Positions 12,650 to 28,028 of a stretch of DNA of 64,000 nt are shown here, piece by piece. Both the position numbers and the translations under genes were made by a program. The notes under the pieces were generated by a model. The model was not told where the DNA came from and searched no databases. It worked only from the letters and a program-made list of their open reading frames with translations. The stretch lies in NCBI RefSeq assembly GCF_009914755.1, contig NC_060930.1. One strand, written 5' to 3'. Positions within the stretch are counted from its first letter, which is position 1. Each line of letters begins with the position of its first letter. The stretch comes from the human T2T-CHM13v2.0 reference genome, Homo sapiens.

Positions 12650-14830
12650 TTTGATTTTGTGTCCAACCTGACAATTGATGTATTTATATTATTCATATCA
12701 AAAGTAATTATCAACACAGATCAAATTCTACCATCTGGCTAGTTATTCGCATTTGTTTTTTATAAATATATATTTTTTCTACCTTCTCCAATTTTAATTG
12801 TGTATATTTATAATTTCATTTTATATTCCTCACTTGTACTTCTTTCTTTTTCTTTTTAGTGATTGCCCCAGGATACAAAATATACATGTTTCAATCATCT
12901 AAGGTCACTTTCAGATAATAGTATACTACTTTACATATAGTATATGGAGATTATCACAGTATCTTCTCAACTCCTTTCCCACCCCTGTGTCATTGTGGTC
13001 ATGCATTTCCCTTTTGCATATGCTATACACACAGGATATTGTTATTATTGTTCTTTTAATTAATCAGTTGCCTTTAAATGTATAAAAATAACAAGAATAA
13101 CAAGATATTTTATTTTACTTTTGTTTATTCCATTTCCAATAATCTTCTTCTCTTTGTATATATTCAATCTTCCAGCCTATAACCTATTTTTTTTTTTCTG
13201 TCTGAAGGACTTCTTGTAACATTTCTCATGGAATGGATCTTCTGTTAATGAGATTTCTTATGTTTTGTTCTCAGGAAGTCTTTATTTCCTTTATTCCTTT
13301 TAAGCGGTATTTTTACGGGGTATAAAATTCAAAAATTTCATTTTGTTTTAATTTTCAGCACTGTAAAAGAACTCTTTCTATTGTCCTCTTGCTCTCATGA
13401 TTTCATACAGGAAGTCTGTTGAAGTTCTTATCCTTGTTCTTTGGAATGTAGCATGTAATTTTCCCCTTCTGGCTACATTTAAGATTTTCTCACTGTCTGG
13501 TTTAGGAAAGTTTGATTAATATCCCAAGTTTTGGGAACTTTTGTACTTCTTTTCACTGGACTCTGAGATTTCTTCATGTCTGCTACTGTGTTTCTACTTT
13601 CTAACATTTTTACTTGAGTTTTTATTAGTTTACATATCTCTGCTAAAATAATCTATTTGATCTTGCATGTTGTTTGTTTTTTTCCTCAATAGAGTCTTTA
13701 ACCTCTCATAGTTATTTTAAACTTGTTTTCTTTATTCCTGCCATATGTCTTACATATGAGCCTGATTCTTATATTGCCTTGTATTTCAATATTATATTTA
13801 TTCTCACCTTTTTATGCCTCATAATTTTCAGCTGAAATTTTGACATGTTGTATAGGCAAGCATATTCTGGTATCTGTATTTGTGTTTGTGTGTGTGTGTA
13901 TGTGTGTGTGTAAGTGTGTCCGTGTGTCTTGTTTTTTGTCTCTGACACTTAGGTTTTGTCTTAACTCTGTGCCAGTCCCTGGAGTGATCTGTCCCTTGCA
14001 GTATTTTTCCGCTGTATTCCATTGCTGCTTTGATTTGATTTTTTGATACTTTAGTGTCGTTTTGTGAGCTGGTGGGGGGGTGCATTTTCCGATGCACTAT
14101 GTAGGTCTTAGTCTTATGAAGGCACTGAAAAAGTGAATCTCAGGAGTATTGCATCTTCCTAAGTGTTTTGGCTCCTCCTTCAGATGAAATGCTGGGTGTA
14201 ACATGTATCTGTGTTCCTCTTCAAAAAGTACAGTTTAATTTCTTCTTCTCCGTTCCCCTCCTCAAGTGGCAGTGGGTTTCCGCCAGTGCCTTCAGGCTTT
14301 GTATTTTAATGAACTCTGCCATACAGACTAGGGAATATATAATAGTGGCTCTTGATAGAATTTTAGAGATGACTGTTATTCCACTCTCCAGTCAACACTA
14401 TGGCAAAAGCTTTCTGAGGATACTTCTTCATCTTCCCTGTGAACATCTGAGAAGGGCCTGGGGAGAGGGGTTCTTAAAGAAAAAAGCCTGCAGGAGTACG
14501 TGAAACCTGCCATGACTATCTCTCCCAGGGGTTTTATACTTTCACCTTAGCCCATACTTGGCCTTTTGCAATTCATTAATAATTTCCACTTGAAACTACT
14601 TTTTGTCTTGTATGTCATTCATTGGCATTTGTCCAAGATAAGCAAATGCTCAGTGCCTGTTTTTGCATTCAGGTGCTTTTCATGACTCACTTCCCTACTT
14701 CACATTGTTTGTTTGCCCTATGTGCTCAGTTTTCTGCTAGATTCAAGAGAAGCTGTTTATTTGCAGTCTGTCTAGTTTTTCTTGTAAGTTTACAAGTGAA
14801 GCTCTTTCTGGCATTTTGTCTCTCTGAGCT
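12650..14830 (-). mobile_element. Ancient L1M 5' half (EN/ORF1/5' UTR) fragments
   Basis: Degenerate antisense L1 motifs (AAGTCTTTATTTC..GGGTATAAAATTC; TTTAAGATTTTCTC). Boundaries approximate. Confidence 0.55.
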
Positions 14831-16019
14831 AAAAACAGAAGTTGAATTATTATTATTTTGCCCTCTCCATATTTATGATCTATTTTTAATGTTTTTCTTC
14901 TGGATCAACTTTTCCCTGTTTTCTATTGTCTTTTGCTGTCTTTCTGGGAAAATATTCCAACTTCATCTCTCACAGTTTCAATTACGTTTTCATGTTACTA
15001 TAAATTTAACTTAAAATAATTATATTCTTATTTGTTTGTTTCTTGAATGCACTTTTATTATAGTACTGTCATGGATTTCTAGAAATGTTACTTGCCCTTT
15101 CATTCAAGAGAAATTGCACAGTTTCTTCCTCTTCCAAGACATTTTGATCTGTTTGTTTTAAACCATATGTTATATAAAACATATTTATCTGTGTATAAAT
15201 AGATAGGCAAATATCAGTTATATAAATAACTGGTGGCTTTCTTTTCTCATCATTTTTGTCTGTCCACTCATGTTGCAGTGGGAGGGACTAACAAGATGAA
15301 ATTAATGTTTCAGGCCAACTCACTTAATGAGGAAAAATAGAAAAGTCATACAAAGTATAAAAATAAATTTCCTTGACAGCATTTTGTAAGTCAAAATATA
15401 GCAAAATTTAAGGGTCATGATTTGAGAAAAAAAAACAGATATATTTATAAAAATGAGCCTAGTATTTGGGGCTGATTTTCCTTTGAGGGCATCTGACTAT
15501 TTCAGAAGGACATCTTATAGGCTAAAAAGCTGATAGTACTTTGATGGCCTCTTGATGCTAGGGGGGCAGGAATTAGAGTATGGAGGACAATGAATGGATA
15601 ACAATTATGAGTAAGTAGAAATCTTATTATATAGGTTCTGGCAGAAGCTGCCGTTCATATTTGAATCATTTCAATCCATGAAATGAAATTGAAGTAATCC
15701 CAGATTGCTGTTGCCTGGCTGAAGTCAAAGCAAACCCTCTCTGGAGGAACAGATCATCACCCTCATTTGCATTATAATTCTACAAACAATTTTGCAAACA
15801 CAATGGCACAAAATAGAGCATAGCCAGGCATATATATGGAAATAATAAAATTAAGGTAAAACAGTAGGAATAACAAATTATAGCAACAGAATAACAGAAT
15901 ATCCCCATTTTAAAGCTAACTGTAACAGTCTTTTGAGTAACTGCTTAGTACGTTCAAGGATATAAGGAAAAAATGAGAGTTTGAGTAGGTAAAAATACTT
16001 TTATGACGTGAAATAGATT

Positions 16020-17345
<1,326 letters not shown>

Positions 17346-19754
17346 AAAAGAATCATGGGTAGACAAGATTGTGACAATAAAAATTGCTCAAAAATATGAA
17401 AATTAAAATGTAATTGATAGTTTAAAGTTAAACCACTGAAAACAGATGCAGCAAATTTGCATTTGTAAGAGAATACTTTATTATAAAACCGTGGCTTAAT
17501 TCTTTAATAATTATCACTGACATGTGGGAAAGAAGGTCAGACAAGATTCTAACTGTCTAGAGATCAGGTTTGATTTCATGTTTGCCGGCCAAAGCTTTTT
17601 CTAAGCTCCAGGGAAGGCTGAAACCTACATGGGAGATATTCGTTATAGTGACCATACTTCACTGAAATAGGAGTACCAAATTTCTGATATTTCAATGGTT
17701 AATAATGTATTTCTTCAACCACTAATTTCAAATTGTAATATCTCATTTATGAAAATGGTAAAGAATACTTAGATAAAAGGCAATAAACAATACAAGCATA
17801 AAATGTACTTTTGTTTTTTGGATAAAATAGTTGATTATTTCCAAAATGTTGTCATTTTTCTTTCAGAAAAGAATGTTTTCTTTAAAGCTTTTGTCTTCTA
17901 ATGCCTCATTTTCCTTATATACACACAAATCATATATTGTATTTTAATATAATATAAATATATTATTAGAATTTGTAAAGAAAATAATTTTCTCTCCATT
18001 AAAAAATGTTTATGTATTTTTAATTGCAAATAATTTCCATTAAAGTGCCAACTAAGTGAGTAATGAAAGTTTAGTCTCCTGATATGGGACATGTTATCAG
18101 AGAAAACACAGGGGAAGAAATATGAGATAATTTTCAAAATTCCATTTATTTCAAAGATGTGAAATGAATCAGTCACTTTTCTTTAAAATTATTCTTTTTT
18201 AAATCTACATTTTAGAAGGTATTAATACTAAAGTTGATTTAAAATGGTAGGTTTAAATGGAGCCAGAAGGACAAATCAGAATGACAACTTCTCACACTGA
18301 GGACTTGACAGGCTTTTATTGAATCTGCAAGGGCTAATAAAATACTTCTTGCTACATGCAATGCTCCTACAATTTTTGCTGGAAAAGAATAATGTCTTCT
18401 CTTATAGCTTTGTACCACAGTTTGAAACATTCAGTGTGTTTCTGTGAATCTTCACTATAATTTCCACTCTTCAAAATAGATAAAATAATTGAGTACAAAA
18501 AGTGTTGATTGACATATCCAAATATTTTAAATGATTTGGGTGAAGTGTATCAGAGCAATAGAAATTGACATTAAGTGCATAAAAGGCCAATTGTTTCAGG
18601 TACATTGAATATTCTTCACAAAATTAGTATTATTTCCTCGGCAAAGAGTATCCTTCACATGAGTAATACTTTGCACAGTAGCTTGAATATAATGAATTCT
18701 GACTGAATATTAATTATAGAACATAGAATGTTTGAAATTTAATTACTTAAATATTGAACTTTAATTGTATTTTCATAATATACAATGAAGCAACTTGTAG
18801 GAACAGGTTTGAATTATTTTCATAAAAACTTGCCAGAAGCTCTCTCAACATATGTAGTAAAAATTTTACTCAAATATCTTAATAATCAAAACATTTTATT
18901 AATCAAATACTTCAGTTTATATGAGACAGTATCTTGTAATTTAGATAATTCATGATTCTATAACTCCTTTGCCAATAAATGACTGAAGAGAATTTTTGTC
19001 TCATGCAGAATGACTTTATAAAGTTTGCATTTATTCTATATACCAATCTACAGAAAATACATCAAATAAAATGGATTAATCACACTAGAAAATAAAAAGA
19101 ATAATTTCAATTATAGTTTCTGAATTTTTTGTGGTCTTTTAATGAGTTTCTGAAAGAATCTTAATGTATATTTTATATAAGAAGATTGTTTTAATTAATT
19201 TAATGTAAGTAAGACACAGTTGTATTTGGACATTTTTCTGCAGGCTATAAAATTTTCAAGCTGAATTGTAGTTTTCCAGGAATATCTTGGAAAACATTTT
19301 TTGTTTTATGATTGGGAAATGTATTACATGCCTCACACTGACTTCACTCTTGGGGCCTAATTTAATGTAAGTGGCAAAGGCAAAATCAACATGTTTTGGA
19401 TTCTATGTTACAAGTTGTTTTTCCTTCAGTTGTAATTATTATTTTAATACTAACAAAACTGTTCATGTGGTCTTTAATTTGATGTTCGTTTATTGAAAGT
19501 CATGAGTATAAACACCACCTTTTTTTAATTTCAGGTCTCTTCTGATTTCTGACATAAAGATATCCATAATCATACTCTTCCTTTGGTAGTCACCTTGATA
19601 TCTTACAAAAGATTAATTAAAAAAAAAAGACCCACGAATTGAAACAAAACAAGTTATCTATTTTGAGTTTACTAACTGCTTCTACCATCTGCATTGTTTT
19701 AAACATCTTTGTTATTTCTATGGAAAGAGATTAAAAAAAAACAACGTTTAAAAT

Positions 19755-20480
19755 GGAAAAGATAGAATACTAAGTGTTGAAAGGACATAGATCAATTTTA
19801 ATACTTGTACATTACTAATGAAAATGTTAGTTGATACAACCATTTTAAACTCTATCTCAATATGTCAAAAAATTAAATATATACATATTTTACACAGCGT
19901 TTTCATATATGAGTTTTCCAAATGTGAGCATATACAGCTTCACATTGTGTAGCAACTATAAAGATGTTCATAACAATGCTATCTTCAACATTCCCAAACT
20001 GGAATTTATTTATAAAATGAATAAGTAACTTGTATTAAAGTCATTCAGTGGAACACTATACAGCAATGGGAATAAACAAACTACACCTGTACTCAACAAT
20101 ATAGATGAATGACACGAATAAAATATTGAGTGAAAGAAAAAAGACCCCAAAGAGTACATTCTGCATGATTCCAATTATATAAAATCCCAAATCAGACAAG
20201 GTGCTAGTATTAGGTATGGTGATAGATGTCAGGTCAGTGGTTATCTTGAAAAAACTGTATAGCCTGCAGAGAGAGTCCAAATACAAATGTATTTCATTTA
20301 TATTAAGTTGATAAATAATAACTAAAAAGGAGAAGGGTAGGTCTTAAGTGGTGATTTTGTTTCTTGACTGAATGTTGATTTCCCCAGGTGTGTTCAGCAT
20401 ATGACAATTCATCAAATTACACATTTAATATCTGTGCACTTTAGTTTATGTATATTATACATTAGTAAAAGTTTTGCATA
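19755..20480 (+). mobile_element. L1ME-type 3' end fragment
   Basis: GGAACACTATACAGCAATGGGAATAAAC, CATTCTGCATGATTCCAATTATATAAAAT, AATTCATCAAATTACACATTTAATATCTGTGCACTT. Confidence 0.7.
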
Positions 20481-20608
20481 AGAAGGAGAGTGATTTAAAT
20501 AAGCTTCATGGCAAGGAAACATACATGTAACATTCTAAAATAATATACAACATAATCATTAGCTAAAATATATGTATGTTTATGGGTATAAAAATATCCT
20601 ATAACCTA

Positions 20609-20995
<387 letters not shown>

Positions 20996-21441
20996 TTATA
21001 AATATTGTAACTTCTACCAGTGAAGAAGATTCCTATTACAATCAGTTGATGTAAACATCTATTGTTTTGTTATAATGAAGGTTAGACTGGTATCATAAGA
21101 TATTGTCTTCAAAATTTTGTTTGAATAAAAGAAATTATTGGAAATACAAGCATTTCTCAAACAATAATACACTCCTGCAGAATGAATACCTATTAAAGGT
21201 CATGCTTATATAATTAGTGTCATAATTGGCCCTCTTTGTAAAAGTTTGAGGGAATTAACTTTATTTAATAAAATGAAACTTAAGTTTGGGATTATTTTCC
21301 ACTATGCACAAGATTAACTAATTTATAATTATTTAATGTGTGAGAACATTAACCGCCTTTAAAATGAACTAACTGCTTAAGAGGCACATAGTGACCCAGC
21401 AGTGCCTACACTTGTATATTTAGATTATATGTCCCCATAGA

Positions 21442-21474
21442 TATCTACCTATCTATCTATCTATCTATCTATCT
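21442..21474. repeat. (CTAT)n microsatellite
   Basis: Direct reading. Confidence 0.9.
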
Positions 21475-22015
21475 CTCTATCCTGAAATATACATACTGAT
21501 ACATCTACTGAAAATGTTTACATGCAAAGCAAAAAAAGATCACTATGTAATAGGTGCTGATATATACAAAAATAATAACATTAAAACGAAAACCAAAAAA
21601 TCTTGGAATCGAGAAACTAGAAACTTGAGATTTAGCTCTAGTTCCTCCTATAGAATGTAGCTTTACATGTCATAGCTAATTGAAATAAAACTAGTGCTAA
21701 CTCATTAGTTCTATTTATTCATTAGTTCAGCATATATTTATCAAATACCTACTGCATGCCAGATATTTCCATGCCACAGAATTTAAATAAATAGAATTAT
21801 TACTCATTTCCAGTTTTACACTTCTGTGGATATGGAAATAATTAACTGCAGTGGGATAATAGCATTGGTTATGCAGAAAGATCCACAGGTACACACATAA
21901 GAGGATAACAGTGAGGAGAAGGCCAAAGCCCAGTTGTGATTCTTTATTCCTTTTTGTCACTTGTACCATTGTATTCGGACCCACGCTAGGCATTTAAAAT
22001 AAAAATCAGACTACT

Positions 22016-22313
22016 TGCCAGGTGCACTGCTCATGCCTATCCCAGCATTTTGGGAAGCCAAGGAGGAAGGATCACTGGAGGTCAGGAGTTTAAGACTAGC
22101 CTGGGCAACACCATGAGACCCTGTTTCTACAAATAATAATAATATATAATAATAATAATAAAAATCCAGGTGTGTGGCATGTGCCTGTAGTCCTAGCTAA
22201 CTGGAGTCTGAGGTGGGAGGATACCCTGAGCCCAGGAGTTGGAGGTTACAGTGAGCTATGATCACTGCACTGCACTCCAGCCTGGGTGACAGAGCAAGAC
22301 CCTGTCTCTAAAA
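22016..22313 (+). mobile_element. AluJ (Jo/Jr-like)
   Basis: GCCAGGTGCACTGCTCATGCC...GAGCCCAGGAGTTGGAGGTTACAGTGAGCTATGATC...GACCCTGTCTCT. Confidence 0.92.
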
Positions 22314-23589
22314 GTTACCTGAGATATTCCTAGGAAAGTATTTTACTTAGATACCTTTAATATTTTCACAACCTTTCACAGAATATGTAGTAGTAATGAT
22401 GACTAAAACTTTAAAGACCATAAAATATTTATTAACAATGGCGTTCTATAAAGTCTGCTGTGGTATACAGATTATCAGAGATTTTTCTATACAATTGGAT
22501 TGTCTATGCTACAATCCAATGGTTGTTCATGATGCTTCTAATCCCAGATTTACAGACTTAGCAAGAGTATGGCTTATGCTTTAAAAAGTTTGAATAGACT
22601 ACTCTCATTTTACAAATGAACAAAATACTTGCTTCCTAAAGTTCAATTTATAGTCTAAAACAAACACGTGAAGAAAGTTAAGCTTACAAATTTTAAGCAA
22701 AGAAATGAGGATTTCTAACCAAAGTTTCAACTAAAATCTAACCCAGGTATATGTGGGCATGTGTGTGTGGTATGCATGTGTGTGTGGGTATGCATGTGTG
22801 TGTGGGTATGCTTGCTCTGTTTGTGACACTGTATTCTTTCAACACATTTTGATTAACTGACAGAATGGTTTTCAAACATTTGTCTCCAAATTCCTAACCG
22901 GGATAAACTATCTGATTTCTGAGATATACATCAGGGATCAGTCCACTGTCTTTATAAATTACAATTCATTGACTGTGTTTTCTGTTTCCAATCTCATCAA
23001 GAAGTACAGTATCTAGTTGTACCATATCTGACTACTGTCTGTCAACAATTGGATCTCTTAGTATATTTGAAATGAGAAGCTACAACACAGTGATTGTGTC
23101 CTTGAAATAAGATTTCAAGAGTCTTTAATTCATGTTCTTTATTCCTTGCCTTCTTACTCTGCTCTCCATCACTCTTTATTCCTTTCTTCAATATTGAGAC
23201 ATACACAGAACATCATTTGAGGAATGGAGAATTGAGTCATGTGCCATGTTTGCACATAGCTTTAATGTGATTGTCTATGATTCCGTAGGCAAACATAAGA
23301 ACACTGAATTGCACACAAAGTCTGTAATCATATCATCTGTGGCTACAGATGGAAAACAGCCTGCACAAACAGGAGGTATTGTTAACCAGGTGGATTTCCA
23401 GTTTCAATATGTTTGAACAAATTTTGGGGTAACACAAAGACATTAGCAACTGGGCAATGCTGAAGAGGCGTCAGAAGGCACTGTCAACTCCAATCTTAAA
23501 CATTTTTCAGAAAATTAAAGAATTATTTGAATAATCTTAGTATATCTGAGCCACCTGTTTGTGTATTTAGCTTATTTCCTCATATATTT

Positions 23590-23900
23590 ATTTAAATTTT
23601 TTAAATTTTTTTGGATACGTAGATGATATATATATATATATATGTAGTTACAGAGCTAGTGAGATATTTTGACACACGCACGCAATGCGTAATAATCACA
23701 TCAGGGTAAATGGGGTATCCACCACCTCAAGCATTTATCTTTAGTGTTACAAACAATCCAATTATACACTTAGTTTTTAAAAAATCTACAGTTAAATTAT
23801 TGCTGACTATAGTCACCCTGCGGTGTTATCAAATATCAGATTGTATTCATTCTTTCTATTTTTTGTACCCATTAGCCATCCCCATTTCCCCCCCATCCCC
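23590..23900 (-). mobile_element. L1MA-type 3' UTR fragment
   Basis: GCAATGCGTAATAATCACATCAGGGTAAATGGGGTATCCACCACCTCAAGCATTTATC. Confidence 0.85.
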
Positions 23901-24926
23901 CATACAGCTTTTATTGTGCCGCCAACCTCCTCTCCTCTCTCTGAGTTTGGCATTCCCTGTGACATGACCTGTAATTCAAAGAAACAACCTCCAAATTAGC
24001 TGGATGCTCTCAACCTCTAAAGAGTTTAGAATCAGGAAACATCATTATTTATGCCACGTCTGTTCTCATATCTTATTTGCCTTTATTTTCTTTAACAATA
24101 TCTGGCTTTTGCACATTCAATGAATGCCATGATCGGCAGCAGAGGAGTGGATGGGTTTTCCTGCGATTGTCCTCCCCTTTTCCCCACTGTTTCTCACAGA
24201 GGTGACCGCAGTGACTTCCTGACGCTCTCTGATAGGGAAGCTCCTCCACCTCCTCACCAGGCTGCCTGGCGCGCTCAGCCCATCCCGATTCCAGGACGTC
24301 CCTGTCCTCCCCAGGGCCTCTAACAGGCAGCATTGGGTAAAACACCGGTTTCAACTTTCACCTTCAGGACCACTTCCTTCCTAAGTGCCTTATTCAGCAG
24401 GAAAGGGAAACCTGTGTTGGGGTGTGGAGTTTTCCTCTCAGATTAGCATGCTTCTCTGGCTGCTGGCAAAATTAGAAAAGCGTCGAGGATAAAATGGCTT
24501 TATTTTATTTAATGTCACCAGTAGGGGAAATTTTTAACATCGACACCCAGCAAGCCGGCCCCCTTAGGCTTCAGAAGTCACCCCCGCTTTTCACAGAACC
24601 TATATAACACTTTACCTCTGAAAATGATTTCTGACTATGACCCGGATATCAAAATTAGGAAACAGCCAAAAAGCATTTCCTTTCTTTTATGTTTTTTTTT
24701 GTGCCAGTTGCCCTCCCTGAGTCTTTTCATTTACCCTGGCAGAGATTTGTCTCTTTGCCTTTAAAAATTAAATCCACCTTCATCGCACAATGTAGAAAGA
24801 AGTGAAATTAAACTGCAGTGTGTTCCAGAGGAGAAAATCTACTTTTTTCATCTCTCAGCCCTACTTTAACTTAAACTGACCTAATTACAGCCCACACCAG
24901 AAGAAGCGGAAGAGCTGAAGGAGCGC

Positions 24927-24945
24927 TTCTGCCACCTAGTGGAAA
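24927..24945 (-). promoter_or_regulatory. Candidate CTCF binding site
   Basis: The minus strand reads TTTCCACTAGGTGGCAGAA, a close match to the CTCF core CCASYAGRKGGCRS, in repeat-free DNA. Confidence 0.6.
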
Positions 24946-26924
24946 GATCCTTGAACTGTGCATGGAGACTTCCACTTTTTTTTTTTTTTTTTTTGCTTTA
25001 TTTTTGAAATGTCTGGCACAGAAGTGCAAATGACCTTCTCTAGTCTCTGCATGAATACTGAGGATATGCATCACACACTGCTCTGTTCCTTTGGAAATTC
25101 AAAATGTAACGGTCTTCTAAAGAACTCTATTTAGAGAAGGTTGAATTAATGGCTCTTCAGATGAACTATACCTTGAAAACTATTTTATTAAGACCATATG
25201 ACATTTCATGAAAGTTAAATGGAAAACGATAATGCAAATATTAATACCCTTTAAAGCAATGTTTTAAATATTATGTCTTGGATTTAATGTTTAGGGATGT
25301 TAGCACCCTCCCCACTAAATCAATTACTCTTCCTCGTAGCCACTGCACGGTTTAGCTAGCTGAATGATTTCTTCAGTGCAGCTCCTGGCTTGTTTATTTG
25401 TTTGCTTTTAGGAGTGGTACTGGACATTTAAGAATGCTTCGTTCTCTTCTCCTGGCTTCATTAACGAGTTATTGATCAATGACTTGAAAGAAAAACTTGG
25501 ATGAAAAATTTAGTCAGCCCTGAATCACCAATGCTAATTAAAACCAGGGAAAGGAAGGAAAATGAAAGACGTTTACAATGCCCAAATCTCGGGGTAGCTG
25601 ATCTCCTCCTTCACCAAAGCATCAATACAGCAGCCATGAGCTGCTCAGCCTGGCATTTCTGCCTGTGTCATTGAGCAAAGAAATGTCCCCCATGCAAAAA
25701 TATCCTTGAGCATATAAAGCAAAGGAATCGGCTGTGTGCAGTGGTTAAATCAATTCTGGAATCATTAGGGTAAGTAATGTGTAGGGTCACACTTGCATCT
25801 CTTTTAACAAAATATTCAAATTGATGTGATAATCTACATTGTTATATTAGGGCACACTTCAATATCCTGGCTACAGATTGCTTATCATATTAAAACTAAA
25901 CACAAAATTGGTTTAAAAAAAAGAAAGAAAAAAAAGTTTGTCATTATTTATAAAGACTCCATGAATAGCTAAGGTTCTCATGGTCTTGTTTAGAGTCTTG
26001 GTGATGCAAGAGAATATCTATATGAGTTATAGCTTAACAAACCTGTTTTATTTTATAAAAACTTAGCTTGTATTTAAAAAGTTTTCATTACTTATACATC
26101 AAATATGAATTCGAGAAGCAAGTACGAGCCAGTCCCTGTAGTAGACACACGGTTTACATAGATACAAGCAAAAATGAACAGGGCTGGGCTCTGATACGGG
26201 TTAATTTGATTCTTCCTTAACTCTCTACACCATGGACACTAACATAAGAAATGATGTGTATATACTGCACAGTCTCTAAAAACCACTCTTTTCAACTCTG
26301 CTTGTTCTATCTTAATTCAGATCCTCTTTATTTTTAGCCTTGATTATTTCAGCTGCTTTATTTCCTAGCAGGTCAACCTATGCTCAGTTTGTGTCTGAGC
26401 AAACTTGAATTGTGTCTACTACAATTCACATTCACTCTTTCCACACTTTTCAGAATCATGTTGTCTCTAGTTAAAAGCAGGTATTAATTAATTGATAAAT
26501 TTTAAAAGGCCAGCTTAAAATCTTCCAAATTATGGCCAATTGAACTGATTTACTTCATAGAACTCTCTTCCTACAGCCAGCTTGGTGCTAATGTTTACAC
26601 ATAAGTTGTTTCTTCTGAGAAAGATTTCATGATTATCTTCTCAAACATGAATAATTTTCTTGAAACTTCCTTAAGATGGATTTATATCATTTTCTGCATT
26701 ATTTCACTTAGTGCTTTCTACCTTGGACAACTGTTATCTCCTCATATAAATTTTACATTAAAAAATAAAACCTGACACCAAGTTTTGCTGAACTTGGCCA
26801 CGAGTACTGAGAAATTCCAGTGCAATTTCATAGAATTCTAGGTAGGTAAAATGCTAATGACTTTTCTAAGAGTTGTTTTTGCCACACTGTTTTACTGTTC
26901 AGCTTAGAGCCTCAACATAGTAGG

Positions 26925-27190
26925 ATGGGAGAGAGAGAGAAAGAGGACATAGAGAAGAGAGAGAGAGGAGAGAGAGAGAGAGAGAAAGGAAAAGGGAGAG
27001 ATGGGAGAAAATATTGAAAACTGAGTAAAGGATAGGAAATGATGATGGGGGTGTTATTATAAATCTTTTGTTAGAGAGGGTATTTCCCACAGGAAAGGGA
27101 AAGAGGAGATTAAGAAAGAAAGAAGAAAGGGAAGCTGAATGAAAAGTAATAGAGGCTAGTAAAGATAGGAAAATAATCAGAAATAAAGGA
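26925..27190. repeat. GA-rich low-complexity tract
   Basis: (GA)n and GGAA-rich purine run. Confidence 0.8.
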
Positions 27191-27714
27191 AAGTTTAGTT
27201 TTTATTGAAATGTACTATACACTGGGCATTACAGTGGTCACACCACACATATCATGTTGGATGCTTCTCAAAAATGTTGAGCTAGCTATCATGTCCATCT
27301 TTCAGGTTAACAGTCTGAAGATTCGTAGGGCTCTTTGTAACACAAATAGCTGCACCGAAATCAAATCCCATGTCATTCAGGCTTCAAAAGCTAAGTTATT
27401 TCTTGAATAGCTGTTCTGGGGCTAGTGATTGGTAGAAAATCTGATGATGTGATGAGCTGACATCAAGGGAATAATGTTTCTCGTTAACATTATGGAAGAC
27501 TATGGGGGAGGGAGGTACGCTTTTTTGTAAGAAAGGTAAAGCCAGATATAAACTGTAAGAGATGAGTTAATAGAAATTTGGGGAATGTCCTCATCTTTAC
27601 TTTGAATGAATAAAAGATCTGTATATGAAAACCATTGGTCCAGCAAAATGGATAAATTTTAAATGATTAATGTATATCATCGCTTTAATTTCAAATGATA
27701 ATATAATAGTTACT

Positions 27715-27862
27715 TTCTTTTATTCGAAAGAATTTCCTGAGTACCTACCATGTTTCAGGCCCTCTTTTACATACTGGTGAACAGCATGAAGCCAGGAAGT
27801 TCCTGCATAATTACTTTTTTAAGGAGAGGGAAAGATACATGGAAAAAACAATGTATAATATA
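27715..27862 (-). mobile_element. L2a 3' end (host element; resumes at 34082 and 34810)
   Basis: TGAGTACCTACCATGTTTCAGGCCCTC..TACATACTGG is antisense L2 3' end. It continues as AAGTGCTCT and AAAGCAGAGTAAGG after the insertions. Confidence 0.65.
27843..27862. repeat. Left target-site duplication AAAAAACAATGTATAATATA
   Basis: Identical 20-mer at 34062-34081. Confidence 0.9.
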
Positions 27863-27867
27863 GACAG

Positions 27868-28028
<161 letters not shown>

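Noticed and set aside
14168-15014. Two hydrophobic ORFs of 111 and 130 aa
   Set aside because: TTG starts and F/L/C-rich composition typical of T-rich antisense L1 remnants.
24073-24354. ORFs in the GC-richer island as a possible coding exon
   Set aside because: No recognisable protein similarity. Overlapping ORFs on both strands are expected in GC-richer DNA.
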